Positions 55,978 to 64,000 of a stretch of DNA of 64,000 nucleotides are shown in pieces (positions within the stretch are counted from its first letter, which is position 1; each line of letters opens with the position of its first letter). The notes under the pieces were generated by a model that was not told the DNA's origin, ran no database searches, and saw only the letters and a list, made by a program, of their open reading frames with translations. This DNA comes from an uncultured Planctomycetaceae bacterium. Lineage in GTDB: Bacteria; Planctomycetota; Planctomycetia; Planctomycetales; Planctomycetaceae. The position numbers and the translations under genes are program-made. The stretch is from contig CAWFAK010000012.1 of assembly GCA_963813715.1 (NCBI GenBank), positions 96,001 to 160,000 of the forward strand. The letters are read 5' to 3'.

Positions 55978-56820
55978 CTATCCGATGAATTCCAATTCGA
56001 CGGGCCGCGGGATGATTCCCTCCTCGAAGCCGCGCCGCAACAGCACGGCGACCGCTTCGCGTCCGCGGGGGCCGAAATCGAGCGTCCAGTCGTTGACATA
56101 CATGCCGACAAACGAATCGGTCTTCTCCAGGTCGAGGTGCCGGCCGTATTTCCGGGCGTGGGCCAGCGCCTCGCTGCGATGGTCCAGACCGTATTGAATG
56201 CTCTGCTTGAGCAGCGCGGTGACTTCCTGCATCCCTTGCGGACCCAGGTCCTTGCGAATGGCATTGCCGCCCAGCGGCAGCGGCAGTCCGGTTTCGTCGT
56301 GCCACCACTTGCCCAAATCGACGATCAGCGACAGTCCCTGGTCTTTGTAGGTCAGTTGCCCTTCGTGGATGATCAGCCCGGCGTCGAACTTTTTCTGCTC
56401 GACCAGGTCGAGGATCTGATCGAAGGGCTGCACCTCGTAAGTAAAGTGATCGCCCAACAAAAGCCGGAACGTGAGGAATGCGGTCGTCAACTCGCCGGGG
56501 ATGGCGATGTGCCGGTCGCGGAGCCAATTGATATCGGCCGCGTTGCGGGCGACGACCATCGGCCCGTAGTTGTCTCCCATGCTGGCGCCGCAGGCGCACA
56601 AGGCATACTGCTCGGTGACGTAGGCGTAGCCGTGCAGGCTCACGGCCGTCAGCTCCAATTCGCCTTCGAGTGCGCGGCGATTGAGCGTCTCGATATCCTG
56701 CAGCTCGTGCGTGAAGCGGTAGCGGCCCGTATCGATCTTGTCGTTGGCCAGCGCGTGAAACATGAACGCGTCGTCCGGATCGGGACTGTGGCCGACGCGG
56801 ATAAGAATTTGTTCGGACAT
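55978..56820 (-). CDS. mqnD: 1,4-dihydroxy-6-naphthoate synthase (futalosine pathway)
   Basis: GHSPDPDDAFMF, GLIIHEGQLTY, TGLPLPLGGN, MYVN. Confidence 0.9.
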   Translation of the reverse strand: MSEQILIRVGHSPDPDDAFMFHALANDKIDTGRYRFTHELQDIETLNRRALEGELELTAVSLHGYAYVTEQYALCACGASMGDNYGPMVVARNAADINWLRDRHIAIPGELTTAFLTFRLLLGDHFTYEVQPFDQILDLVEQKKFDAGLIIHEGQLTYKDQGLSLIVDLGKWWHDETGLPLPLGGNAIRKDLGPQGMQEVTALLKQSIQYGLDHRSEALAHARKYGRHLDLEKTDSFVGMYVNDWTLDFGPRGREAVAVLLRRGFEEGIIPRPVELEFIG

Positions 56821-57030
56821 GGCTTGAGACTAATGACCGGCATGGATGGCCGCAACCTTCGTGCTGCGGGCTTTAGTGCCGCTTTCGTCATTCGGGCTTC
56901 GTGCTTGCCCTTGCACCCCTTCCGTCTTGTCGGAACGTTCTAAAGAGCATATACCAAAGCGCGAATTTGCCGGCGGCCGTCGATGATTTTACGCGACGGC
57001 GGCTCGAACGCTCCAAAGGGAATTGGCGCC

Positions 57031-58277
57031 ATGAAATTTCTCGCCGCATGTCTCGTCTCTTCGGTGCTGGGCGGACTGTTCGTCGTGTGGCTGATCGATC
57101 CGGCTCGAGGTCATCAGGCCTCGGCCCAGGAGGCGTTTCCCCACCGAACGGACCGCGCTTCCCCGTGCCCGACAATCGCCAGCCCCCCGTCGCACCCGTC
57201 GTCCCCGAAGCCCGCCGTAGCGGCGAACTCATCTTCAACTCCGAGGGACTCTCGCCCGAAGAAGCGATCGGCGTAGCCGTTTACGATCACGTCAACAAGT
57301 CGGTCGTCAACGTCACCACCAAGAGCACCAACACCGTGATGATGGTCGTCGACGTGTCGTCGGAAGGCTCGGGCTCCGGCTCCGTGCTCGACCAGGAAGG
57401 CCACATCCTCACGAACTATCACGTGATCGAAGACGCGCAAAAGATCGACGTGATGCTCTTCGACGGCAACAGCTATGAAGCCAAACCGGTGGGTGCCGAC
57501 CCGATCAACGACATCGCCGTCATCAAGATCGACGCGCCGCGCGATGCCCTCTTCCCGATTCACCTGGGCGACTCGGCCGAAATGAAAGTCGGCATGCGAG
57601 TCTTCGCCATCGGCAACCCGTTCGGCCTCGAGCGGACCATGACCACGGGCATCATCTCCAGCCTCAATCGCACGCTGCAGGTCGCGGCCAACCGTTCGAT
57701 CAAGTCGATCATCCAGATCGACGCGGCCGTTAATCCGGGCAACTCGGGCGGACCACTCCTCAATTCGCACGGCCGACTGATCGGCATGAACACGGCCATC
57801 GCCAGCCGCACGGGGCAGAGCGCGGGGGTCGGCTTCGCCATTCCCAGCAGCCTGATTGCCCGCGTGGTGCCGCAGCTCATCGCGCACGGCCGCGTGATCC
57901 GCCCCGAGATCGGCATTCAAATGGTGAAGGTGACCGAGAAAGGCATGCTGCTCGCCAAGCTCACGCCCGACGGTCCGGCCGCCCGCGCCGGACTGCGCGG
58001 CCCGCAGGTGGTCCGCAAACGGCGCGGCCCCCTCTCCTGGGATACGGTCGATTTCGCCTCGGCCGACTTGATCACCGCCATCGACGGTGAACCGATCAAG
58101 AACGCGGACGACTTTTTGACGGCGATCGAAAGCAAGCGGCCGGGCGACCGCGTCGAACTCGCCGTCGTCCGCGATGGGCAGGAGTTCAAGGTGCCGGTTA
58201 TCCTGGGCAACGGCGAACGCACGCCCTTCCGCGATCGGCAGGACCCGCGGCTGCCTAACCCAGCCATCGGCCGCTGA
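57031..58277 (+). CDS. HtrA/DegP-like S1C serine protease with PDZ domain (frameshift near 57135)
   Basis: ILTNYHVI, DIAVIK, AVNPGNSGGPLL. Confidence 0.92.
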
Positions 58278-58288
58278 CGGCTGCCTTG

Positions 58289-58373
58289 GGCGAGCGGCGG
58301 GTGTCAGCCCGCCGGTTTTGGTTTTGTCGAATCACCGAATGCAGAACCGGCGGGCTGACACCCGCCGCTCGCC
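58289..58373. repeat. REPIN-like element: perfect 29-bp inverted repeat with 27-bp spacer
   Basis: ggcgagcggcgggtgtcagcccgccggtt (58289-58317) / aaccggcgggctgacacccgccgctcgcc (58345-58373). Confidence 0.88.
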
Positions 58374-58413
58374 AGAACACGCCTTTCCAGTCCGTCTCCT
58401 GAGGAACACCCCT

Positions 58414-58893
58414 GTGGCGTTTGACCCCAAAGAGCAGCGGCGGATTTTCGGACGGTTTGCCACCGGCGTCACGGTGCTCAGCACGATCGCCGACAAGGAA
58501 ACGTGGGGTATGACAGCCAACGCGGTGACCTCGCTGTCGCTCGAGCCGCCGCTGGTGCTGGTCGCCGTCGTCCGCAACAGCGCGACGGACGGCTATCTCA
58601 AAACGAGCCGCTGCTTCGCGCTCAATATCCTGAGCGCCGAGCAAAAGAACCTGTCCACCCGCTTCTCCGGCCCCGGGCCACGCGATTTCTCGGACCTGGA
58701 AACGAAGACGGCCGTGACCGGCTGTCCGGTCCTGGTGGAAGCGCTCGGCTGGGTCGATTGCCGCGTGGTCGACGTTTTTTCCGGCGGCGACCACGAGATC
58801 TTCATCGGCGAAATCGTGGCCGGTGACGCCCACGCCGGCGACAAGAAGCCTCTGCTCTTCTACAGCGGGCAGTACGCCCAACTCGCCGACTAA
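58414..58893 (+). CDS. Flavin reductase family protein
   Basis: GRFATGVTV, GMTANAVTSLSLEPPL, GGDHEIFIGEI. Confidence 0.92.
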   Translation: MAFDPKEQRRIFGRFATGVTVLSTIADKETWGMTANAVTSLSLEPPLVLVAVVRNSATDGYLKTSRCFALNILSAEQKNLSTRFSGPGPRDFSDLETKTAVTGCPVLVEALGWVDCRVVDVFSGGDHEIFIGEIVAGDAHAGDKKPLLFYSGQYAQLAD

Positions 58894-59101
58894 AGGCGCA
58901 GCCGGTCGAGCGGCACCGATCCCTGTTGGGCTGATTTCAAGCGTCCACCTTTCCCAAGCCGACGGCTCGCCGTCGGTTCCGGAACGACAGCAAGCTGTCG
59001 GCTTCGGAAGGGTGGAAGGCTCAACCTGACGCGATCGCTGACTGGTGCCGCTCGGCCCGCGCTTAGAGTGATTGCCAGAAAATTGGGCTCACCCCAACCG
59101 G

Positions 59102-60502
59102 TCACATATTCGTCTTCGTATCGCCGGCGTCGCCCAGGAGTGCACCGAGCGATTGGATGATCGCCGCGTCGTGCCGGTGGTCCTTCGTGTAGACGCGAAA
59201 GATTGCAAAGCTGGTCGGTAAGCCGCGGAACAGCTCGTCATCGTTGAGTTCCTGCACGCCGTCCTCGCCGGGATTGAGCAGGAAGTTCTGACCACCGGCC
59301 GGGCGACGCGCGCTGGGGCGATGGTAGTGGCGGGCCACGTCGACGCGGAGCGGAATCGATTGCAGGCCGGCGGGCAGGCCGCTCCGCACCCGCTGCTCGA
59401 CCAAGTCCGGCTCGGAATAGATGGTCGTTCGCTCGGCCGCGCCGCTGTGAAAATTGATCGTACGCTCGCAGGCCATTTTCCAACCGACGTTCCGCGACAG
59501 GATGGCCGCCCACCGCTGGCCCAGATCGCGGAGCTCAGGCTCGCTGCTCTCTTCCCAACGGCCGACGTCGACGAGGAACGATGACTCGGTGAACCGGCGG
59601 TAAGCGTCCAGGTGCTCGAGCGGATTGCCGGGGAAGAGCCGCGGCATCGTGTCGGGAAAGACGTCTTCGAGCGCCAAGTCGAGGGCCCGGACCGTGCGGT
59701 GGAAATAGATCGTGCGGAACAGGTTTGCCCGCGTCTCGATGAAGTTGATCAACGTCGGCAGGCCGCGGGCGTGAATCGTCAGGCCGGCGTCGGTGAAAAA
59801 GGTGTAGTGCAGCAGGCGCCACAGGTCGAAGGCCCGCAGGTTGTAGCCCGACATGTAGGCGTCGCGGAGCACGAAGTCCATGTTGTCGACGGTGTAGATG
59901 CCGCTGAACAGGGCCCGCAGCTTGCGGAGCCATTCGGGCTGCCCCTCCGCGCCGTCGCCCCGTGGACGCCGAATCAGCCAGGCGACCTGTCGCGGCTCGA
60001 GTTCTTCGAGCGGCTGCAGCTGTCCGCGGGGATTCCGCCGCACGCGCCTCAACAGTTCGCCCAGCTCGCCCTCGATGATTCGCGAGCCGACGTCTTCGTG
60101 CGTGATGCCGAACTGGTCGAGATAGTGATCGTCGAAGAAGTGGCCAAACGGTCCGTGCCCCACGTCGTGGAGCAAGCCGGCCATCCGCAACAGGCTCTCG
60201 ACATAGGCCCGTGAAGGGACGTTCGCGCAGGTGTCGCGAAGCGACTCGTACCAGTGGTCGATCGCCACCGACGCCAAGTGCATCACGCCCAGCACGTGCT
60301 GAAACCGCATGTGCTCGGCCGACGGAAAGACCCACCAGGCGGTCTGCAGCTGGTGGATTTGCCGCAGCCGCTGCACCCAGGGGTGGTCGATGATTTCCTG
60401 CTCGGCCACTTCGCCTGCCGGCAGTCCGCTCTTGGAGATGAAGGGGATGTACCCGTGGACGGGGTCGTGCGACAGGCTTTCCGTCGAGAAATCACGCGCC
60501 AT
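59102..60502 (-). CDS. HD-domain phosphohydrolase (SAMHD1/dNTPase-like)
   Basis: DPVHG, QRLRQIHQ, FPSAEHMRFQH, LLHDVGHGPFGH, DNMDFVLRD. Confidence 0.9.
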   Translation of the reverse strand: MARDFSTESLSHDPVHGYIPFISKSGLPAGEVAEQEIIDHPWVQRLRQIHQLQTAWWVFPSAEHMRFQHVLGVMHLASVAIDHWYESLRDTCANVPSRAYVESLLRMAGLLHDVGHGPFGHFFDDHYLDQFGITHEDVGSRIIEGELGELLRRVRRNPRGQLQPLEELEPRQVAWLIRRPRGDGAEGQPEWLRKLRALFSGIYTVDNMDFVLRDAYMSGYNLRAFDLWRLLHYTFFTDAGLTIHARGLPTLINFIETRANLFRTIYFHRTVRALDLALEDVFPDTMPRLFPGNPLEHLDAYRRFTESSFLVDVGRWEESSEPELRDLGQRWAAILSRNVGWKMACERTINFHSGAAERTTIYSEPDLVEQRVRSGLPAGLQSIPLRVDVARHYHRPSARRPAGGQNFLLNPGEDGVQELNDDELFRGLPTSFAIFRVYTKDHRHDAAIIQSLGALLGDAGDTKTNM

Positions 60503-60672
60503 GGAAGGGCCATTGTAGAAGGCTCATCCGCATCAGGCGAGCACGCCGAGTACCCACGAGCCAATCGCCCCGCAGAATGCCCGTCTTACGGATTTTCGGC
60601 CCCTCGACTATGATCCGGCCGCGGCAACACGGTGCCAATTTCCAACTCGGTGCCAATCTCCCCGGCCAGCGC

Positions 60673-61494
60673 ATGTCCACGAGCGAATATCGCGTTGCTC
60701 TCGAGCTCTTCGGCGGGCCGATGGACCTGCTGCTCTACCTCGTCCGCCGCGACGAGCTCGACATTCTCGATCTGCCGCTGGCCAGAATTGCCACGCAGTT
60801 CCTGGAATTCATCGAGGTGCTCGAGCTACTGGACGTGTCGCAGGCGGCCGACTTCGTCTCCACGGCAAGCACGTTGGCCGAGATCAAGAGCCGCACCGTC
60901 CTCCCCCGGCAGGAGGAAGAGGCGCCGACCGAGGAGCCGCTCGATGACGAGCCGCAGAACGATCTGGTCCACAAACTCCTCGAGTTCAAGCGGCTGCGGG
61001 AAGCCTCGCAGGCGCTCGAGGCGCAAGCCGCGCTCTGGCAGGAGCGCTATCCGCGGCTGAGCGACGAGCGGCCGCGGCAGGGGCGCGACTTGGCCGACGA
61101 CCTGATCAAGGAAGTCGAGCTGTGGGACCTGGTGAGCGCGCTGGCCCGCGTGCTCCGCCGTCGGACGGTCGAGCACGAAGCCAGCGTCCGCTACGACGAC
61201 ACGCCGATTTCGGTTTACATTGAGCGCGTGGGGGAGCGCGTCCGTCGCGAAGGGCGCGTCGCGTTCAGCGCACTCTTCGACGCGGCTACCAAGCGGGGCG
61301 TCGTCGTCGGACTGTTTTTAGCCATTCTCGAATTGCTCCGGCACCATGCCTTTCGGGCAGAGCAGCCGGTCGACTATGGTGAGATCTGGATTCTGCCGCC
61401 GGTCACAGAGCTGGCCGGCACAGAGACGGCCCATTCGGGAACGGTCGATCCGTCGGCCGCGCCCCCGGCCGACGCGAGTCCAGCCGCACCTTGA
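60673..61494 (+). CDS. scpA: Segregation and condensation protein A (kleisin)
   Basis: FGGPMDLLLYLV, EIKSRTVLP, FLAILEL. Confidence 0.92.
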   Translation: MSTSEYRVALELFGGPMDLLLYLVRRDELDILDLPLARIATQFLEFIEVLELLDVSQAADFVSTASTLAEIKSRTVLPRQEEEAPTEEPLDDEPQNDLVHKLLEFKRLREASQALEAQAALWQERYPRLSDERPRQGRDLADDLIKEVELWDLVSALARVLRRRTVEHEASVRYDDTPISVYIERVGERVRREGRVAFSALFDAATKRGVVVGLFLAILELLRHHAFRAEQPVDYGEIWILPPVTELAGTETAHSGTVDPSAAPPADASPAAP

Positions 61495-61520
61495 GCGACC
61501 CGACAGCCAGACCGGTCCGC

Positions 61521-62711
61521 ATGAGCGATTCGCAGCACGTAGCGACAGAGCAGTCAGCGATAGCGTCGAAAACGATTGTCTTCGCTGGCGGAGGCTCGGG
61601 AGGACATCTCTTTCCGGGCATCGCCGTCGCGCAGATTCTGGCGGCCTGCGGGTGGCCGGTCAAATGCGTGTTCGTCGGCTCGTCCCGCAACGTCGAGCGA
61701 CAGATTGTGTCCGACCACGGGTTCGAGCACGTCGCCCTGCCCGTCGAGCCCTCGTCAACATTCTTGACGCGGCCGGTGCGCTTCGCAAATCGGCTCTGGC
61801 AAAGCGCTCAGACGGCCAGCGATTTCTTGCCGTCCTGCGGCGCCTCCCTCGTCGTCGGACTCGGGGGCTTTGCCAGCGTGCCCGTCGTCTGGGCGGCCCG
61901 CCTGGCCGGAGTGCCGCTCGTGCTGCTGGAGCAAAACGCCGTACCGGGCCGCGCGACGTCGTGGCTCTGTCGCCGGGCGAACCTCACCTGCCTGGGCTTT
62001 TCCGACGCCGCGCGGCGACTGCCCCGAACGGCCACACATCTGGTGACGGGCAACCCGGTCCGCGCCCCGATCGCGGCGCTTGCCTCGGAGCCGGCCATCA
62101 ATGGTGAGAAGCGTTCGATTGTAGTCCTGGGAGGCAGCCAAGGGTCGCTCGCCCTCAACGAAGCCTTTGTCGGCTGCGTGGAGCAGCTTCACGACCATTT
62201 CGCCGATTGGAACATCGTCCACCAAACCGGGGCCCGCGACGTCGAGCAGGTCAAACGGCGTTACGCGGCGGCGGGTGTGAACGCCCAGGTCGCGGCTTTC
62301 TTCGATGACCCGGTCACGCTCTATCGCTCGGCCGCCTTGGCGGTCTCGCGGGCCGGCGCACTCACGCTGTCGGAGCTGGCGTGCGCCGGTGTGCCGGCCG
62401 TGTTGATTCCCTACCCCAAGGCGATCCGCAATCACCAGCGACTGAACGCTTACACCTTCGAGCACGTGGGAGCCGCCCGCGTCGTTCGTCAATCGAGCGA
62501 TCCGGACAAGACCCGCCTGCACCTGCAGGACGAGCTAGCCGCCCTCTTGCCTAACGCCGATTTGCGAAACCGCATGGCCCGCGCAATGCGCTCACTCGCC
62601 CGACCGGACGCCGCCGCCGTCGTGGCCGAGGAAGTCTGCAAATTCCTCTTCGGCTCAGAGGCGGCCGCGCAGGCCGCAATCAGTACGGAATCCCCAAGCG
62701 GCGATAGATAA
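61521..62711 (+). CDS. murG: Undecaprenyl-PP-MurNAc-pentapeptide GlcNAc transferase
   Basis: AGGGSGGHLFPG, GLGGFAS, EQNAVPG, TGNPVR, GGSQGS, SRAGALT, HQRLNA. Confidence 0.92.
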   Translation: MSDSQHVATEQSAIASKTIVFAGGGSGGHLFPGIAVAQILAACGWPVKCVFVGSSRNVERQIVSDHGFEHVALPVEPSSTFLTRPVRFANRLWQSAQTASDFLPSCGASLVVGLGGFASVPVVWAARLAGVPLVLLEQNAVPGRATSWLCRRANLTCLGFSDAARRLPRTATHLVTGNPVRAPIAALASEPAINGEKRSIVVLGGSQGSLALNEAFVGCVEQLHDHFADWNIVHQTGARDVEQVKRRYAAAGVNAQVAAFFDDPVTLYRSAALAVSRAGALTLSELACAGVPAVLIPYPKAIRNHQRLNAYTFEHVGAARVVRQSSDPDKTRLHLQDELAALLPNADLRNRMARAMRSLARPDAAAVVAEEVCKFLFGSEAAAQAAISTESPSGDR

Positions 62712-63153
62712 AGCCCAACAGCCAGATCGGGCCAATCAGCAGGAACTGGATGTCCTCGAAGAACGCGGGCTTCTTGCCTTCGAGCTTGTGACCGACGAAT
62801 TGCAGGATCCAGGCCACGACAAAGATGCCCAAGGCCACGGCCCAGACCGGCCACCAGGCGAGCTTGCTGAAACCGACGATGAGCGCGAAAAAGAGCGCCG
62901 CCAGCACAAACATGCCGATCGCCAGCGGCGGCGAGAGCCGCAGGTAAAACAGTATCGCCGCCACGACGAACAGCGACGCCAGGTTCACGTAGAGAGCCGC
63001 CCCACCCAGCGCAGCGGGCATCGGCACCGACCACAGCAGCCCCAACAGGCTGAGCGTGATCGCCGGAATGCAGATCCAGTGGATCACTTCGTTGACCGTG
63101 TTGTGATGGCACTCGCCGTATTCGGCAAACCACTGATCGGCCGATTTTTTCAT
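62680..63153 (-). CDS. DUF962 / Mpo1-like membrane protein
   Basis: YGECH.N.VN..IHWICIP, QFVGHKLEGKKPAF, LLIGP. Confidence 0.9.
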   Translation of the reverse strand: MKKSADQWFAEYGECHHNTVNEVIHWICIPAITLSLLGLLWSVPMPAALGGAALYVNLASLFVVAAILFYLRLSPPLAIGMFVLAALFFALIVGFSKLAWWPVWAVALGIFVVAWILQFVGHKLEGKKPAFFEDIQFLLIGPIWLLGFIYRRLGIPY

Positions 63154-63580
63154 CGCTCTGCCTTTCGGAATGCGCTCATCTCAATTTTAACGCGAACGGC
63201 CCCGCGATGCAGCGAATTACGGCGGGTCGCAAAGTGCATCGGCCAGAGAGGGAATCCGACGGGTGGGGCCGTTACGACAGGCGGCAGCCGATGTCGCGCA
63301 GGCGGCTGAGCTGCCGCACGAGCACGGGCAGGCTCAGAACTCCCGACAGGGACATTTGCACGTAGCCGAATGTCGTCAGGATTTGGCCCGGATCGTGCGG
63401 AGCGGACCGGCACGTTCGGACCAGCGCGCCGCCGAGCAAGCAGAGCGTGCACTCGTCGAGCAGGCTGAAGTTGAGGGCTTCCGAGTTGGCTAGGCGGACG
63501 TTCCAACCTGCCACGCGGGCCTTTGCAGGCCGGCCGGGGGCGGCAGCCGCCGATAGCCGCCACGATTCGTCGCCCGCTCG

Positions 63581-63823
63581 CTAAGAGTCAATCGCCTCGA
63601 GTTCCTCGGCCGCGAAATCAGCCAACCACACTGTCACGCCGTTTGAACCCGAGTTCTCGACCACGTAGCGTTCCGGCAGGCCGGCGGCGTTGAGAATGTC
63701 GACGATGGTGCCGACGTCGCCGACTTGGGGCGGACGGAGATTCGTTTGCCAACCGTCGTACGCGTCGGCGGGACGAAGCAGTCGCCGGACGCGAACCTGC
63801 CGATAGCGCTCGAAGCCGGGCAT
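63581..63823 (-). CDS. Small hypothetical protein, DUF4926-like
   Basis: GDVGTIVDIL...YVVE...GVTVWLADF..EEL; GGAGG RBS. Confidence 0.65.
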   Translation of the reverse strand: MPGFERYRQVRVRRLLRPADAYDGWQTNLRPPQVGDVGTIVDILNAAGLPERYVVENSGSNGVTVWLADFAAEELEAIDS

Positions 63824-63916
63824 CGCAGCCTACCTCCGAACCGGCAATCTCTTGTCGGCTTGACCGCGACCCGCCGCCGCTGGCTCGTCAACGAGGGGCG
63901 CGGTGGACGAGCGGCG

Positions 63917-64000
63917 TTAGATGCGGCCCTTCTCTAATTCTTGGCGAATCCAGGGAATGACCTCGTCGAGGGCCTTTTCCAGCGAGGTCTCGGCCCGAAA
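63917..64000 (-). CDS. C-terminal end of a gene entering from the right, probably an NAD-dependent epimerase/dehydratase
   Basis: Reverse strand reads FRAETSLEKALDEVIPWIRQELEKGRI*. Confidence 0.5.
   Translation of the reverse strand, partial: FRAETSLEKALDEVIPWIRQELEKGRI

Noticed and set aside
59102..60502. HD dNTPase as an anti-phage defence gene
   Set aside because: It sits among housekeeping genes with typical codon usage and no defence neighbours.
63272..63514. 80-aa minus-strand ORF between the DUF962 and DUF4926-like genes
   Set aside because: No motif, clear RBS or consistent frame, so it cannot be supported as a gene.

Overview
GC-rich chromosomal window from a planctomycete. The call rests on DUF1501, DUF1549/DUF1553, planctomycete cytochrome-c/WD40 and TIGR03067-type genes. 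Many otherwise intact genes carry single-base frameshifts, most likely long-read indel errors, so several CDS coordinates below are stitched from two or more frames. The window holds metabolic and housekeeping genes (glycogen debranching enzyme, ppdK, ppk2, mqnD, scpA, murG, HtrA, HD hydrolase, CNNM pair). It also has a pqqA-B-C-D/E cluster with atypical features, an orphan sdpR-sdpI module, and three TPR-glycosyltransferase genes upstream of fliD-fliS with sigma-28-like promoter motifs. Most notable: (1) a candidate cysteine-sensing transcription attenuator at 27489-27623, with a 24-aa Cys-rich leader and mutually exclusive antiterminator/terminator, upstream of a small Cys-free protein and divergent from a 31-Cys protein gene; (2) a variable cassette region between ppdK and a Ser/Thr kinase that carries relic copies of the 3' ends of both flanking genes, plus REP-like inverted repeats; (3) a second Cys-rich protein built from CFPF/CCGPF repeats. 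No rRNA, tRNA, CRISPR array, transposase or integrase was recognised. Family assignments are from motif recognition only; no database was searched.
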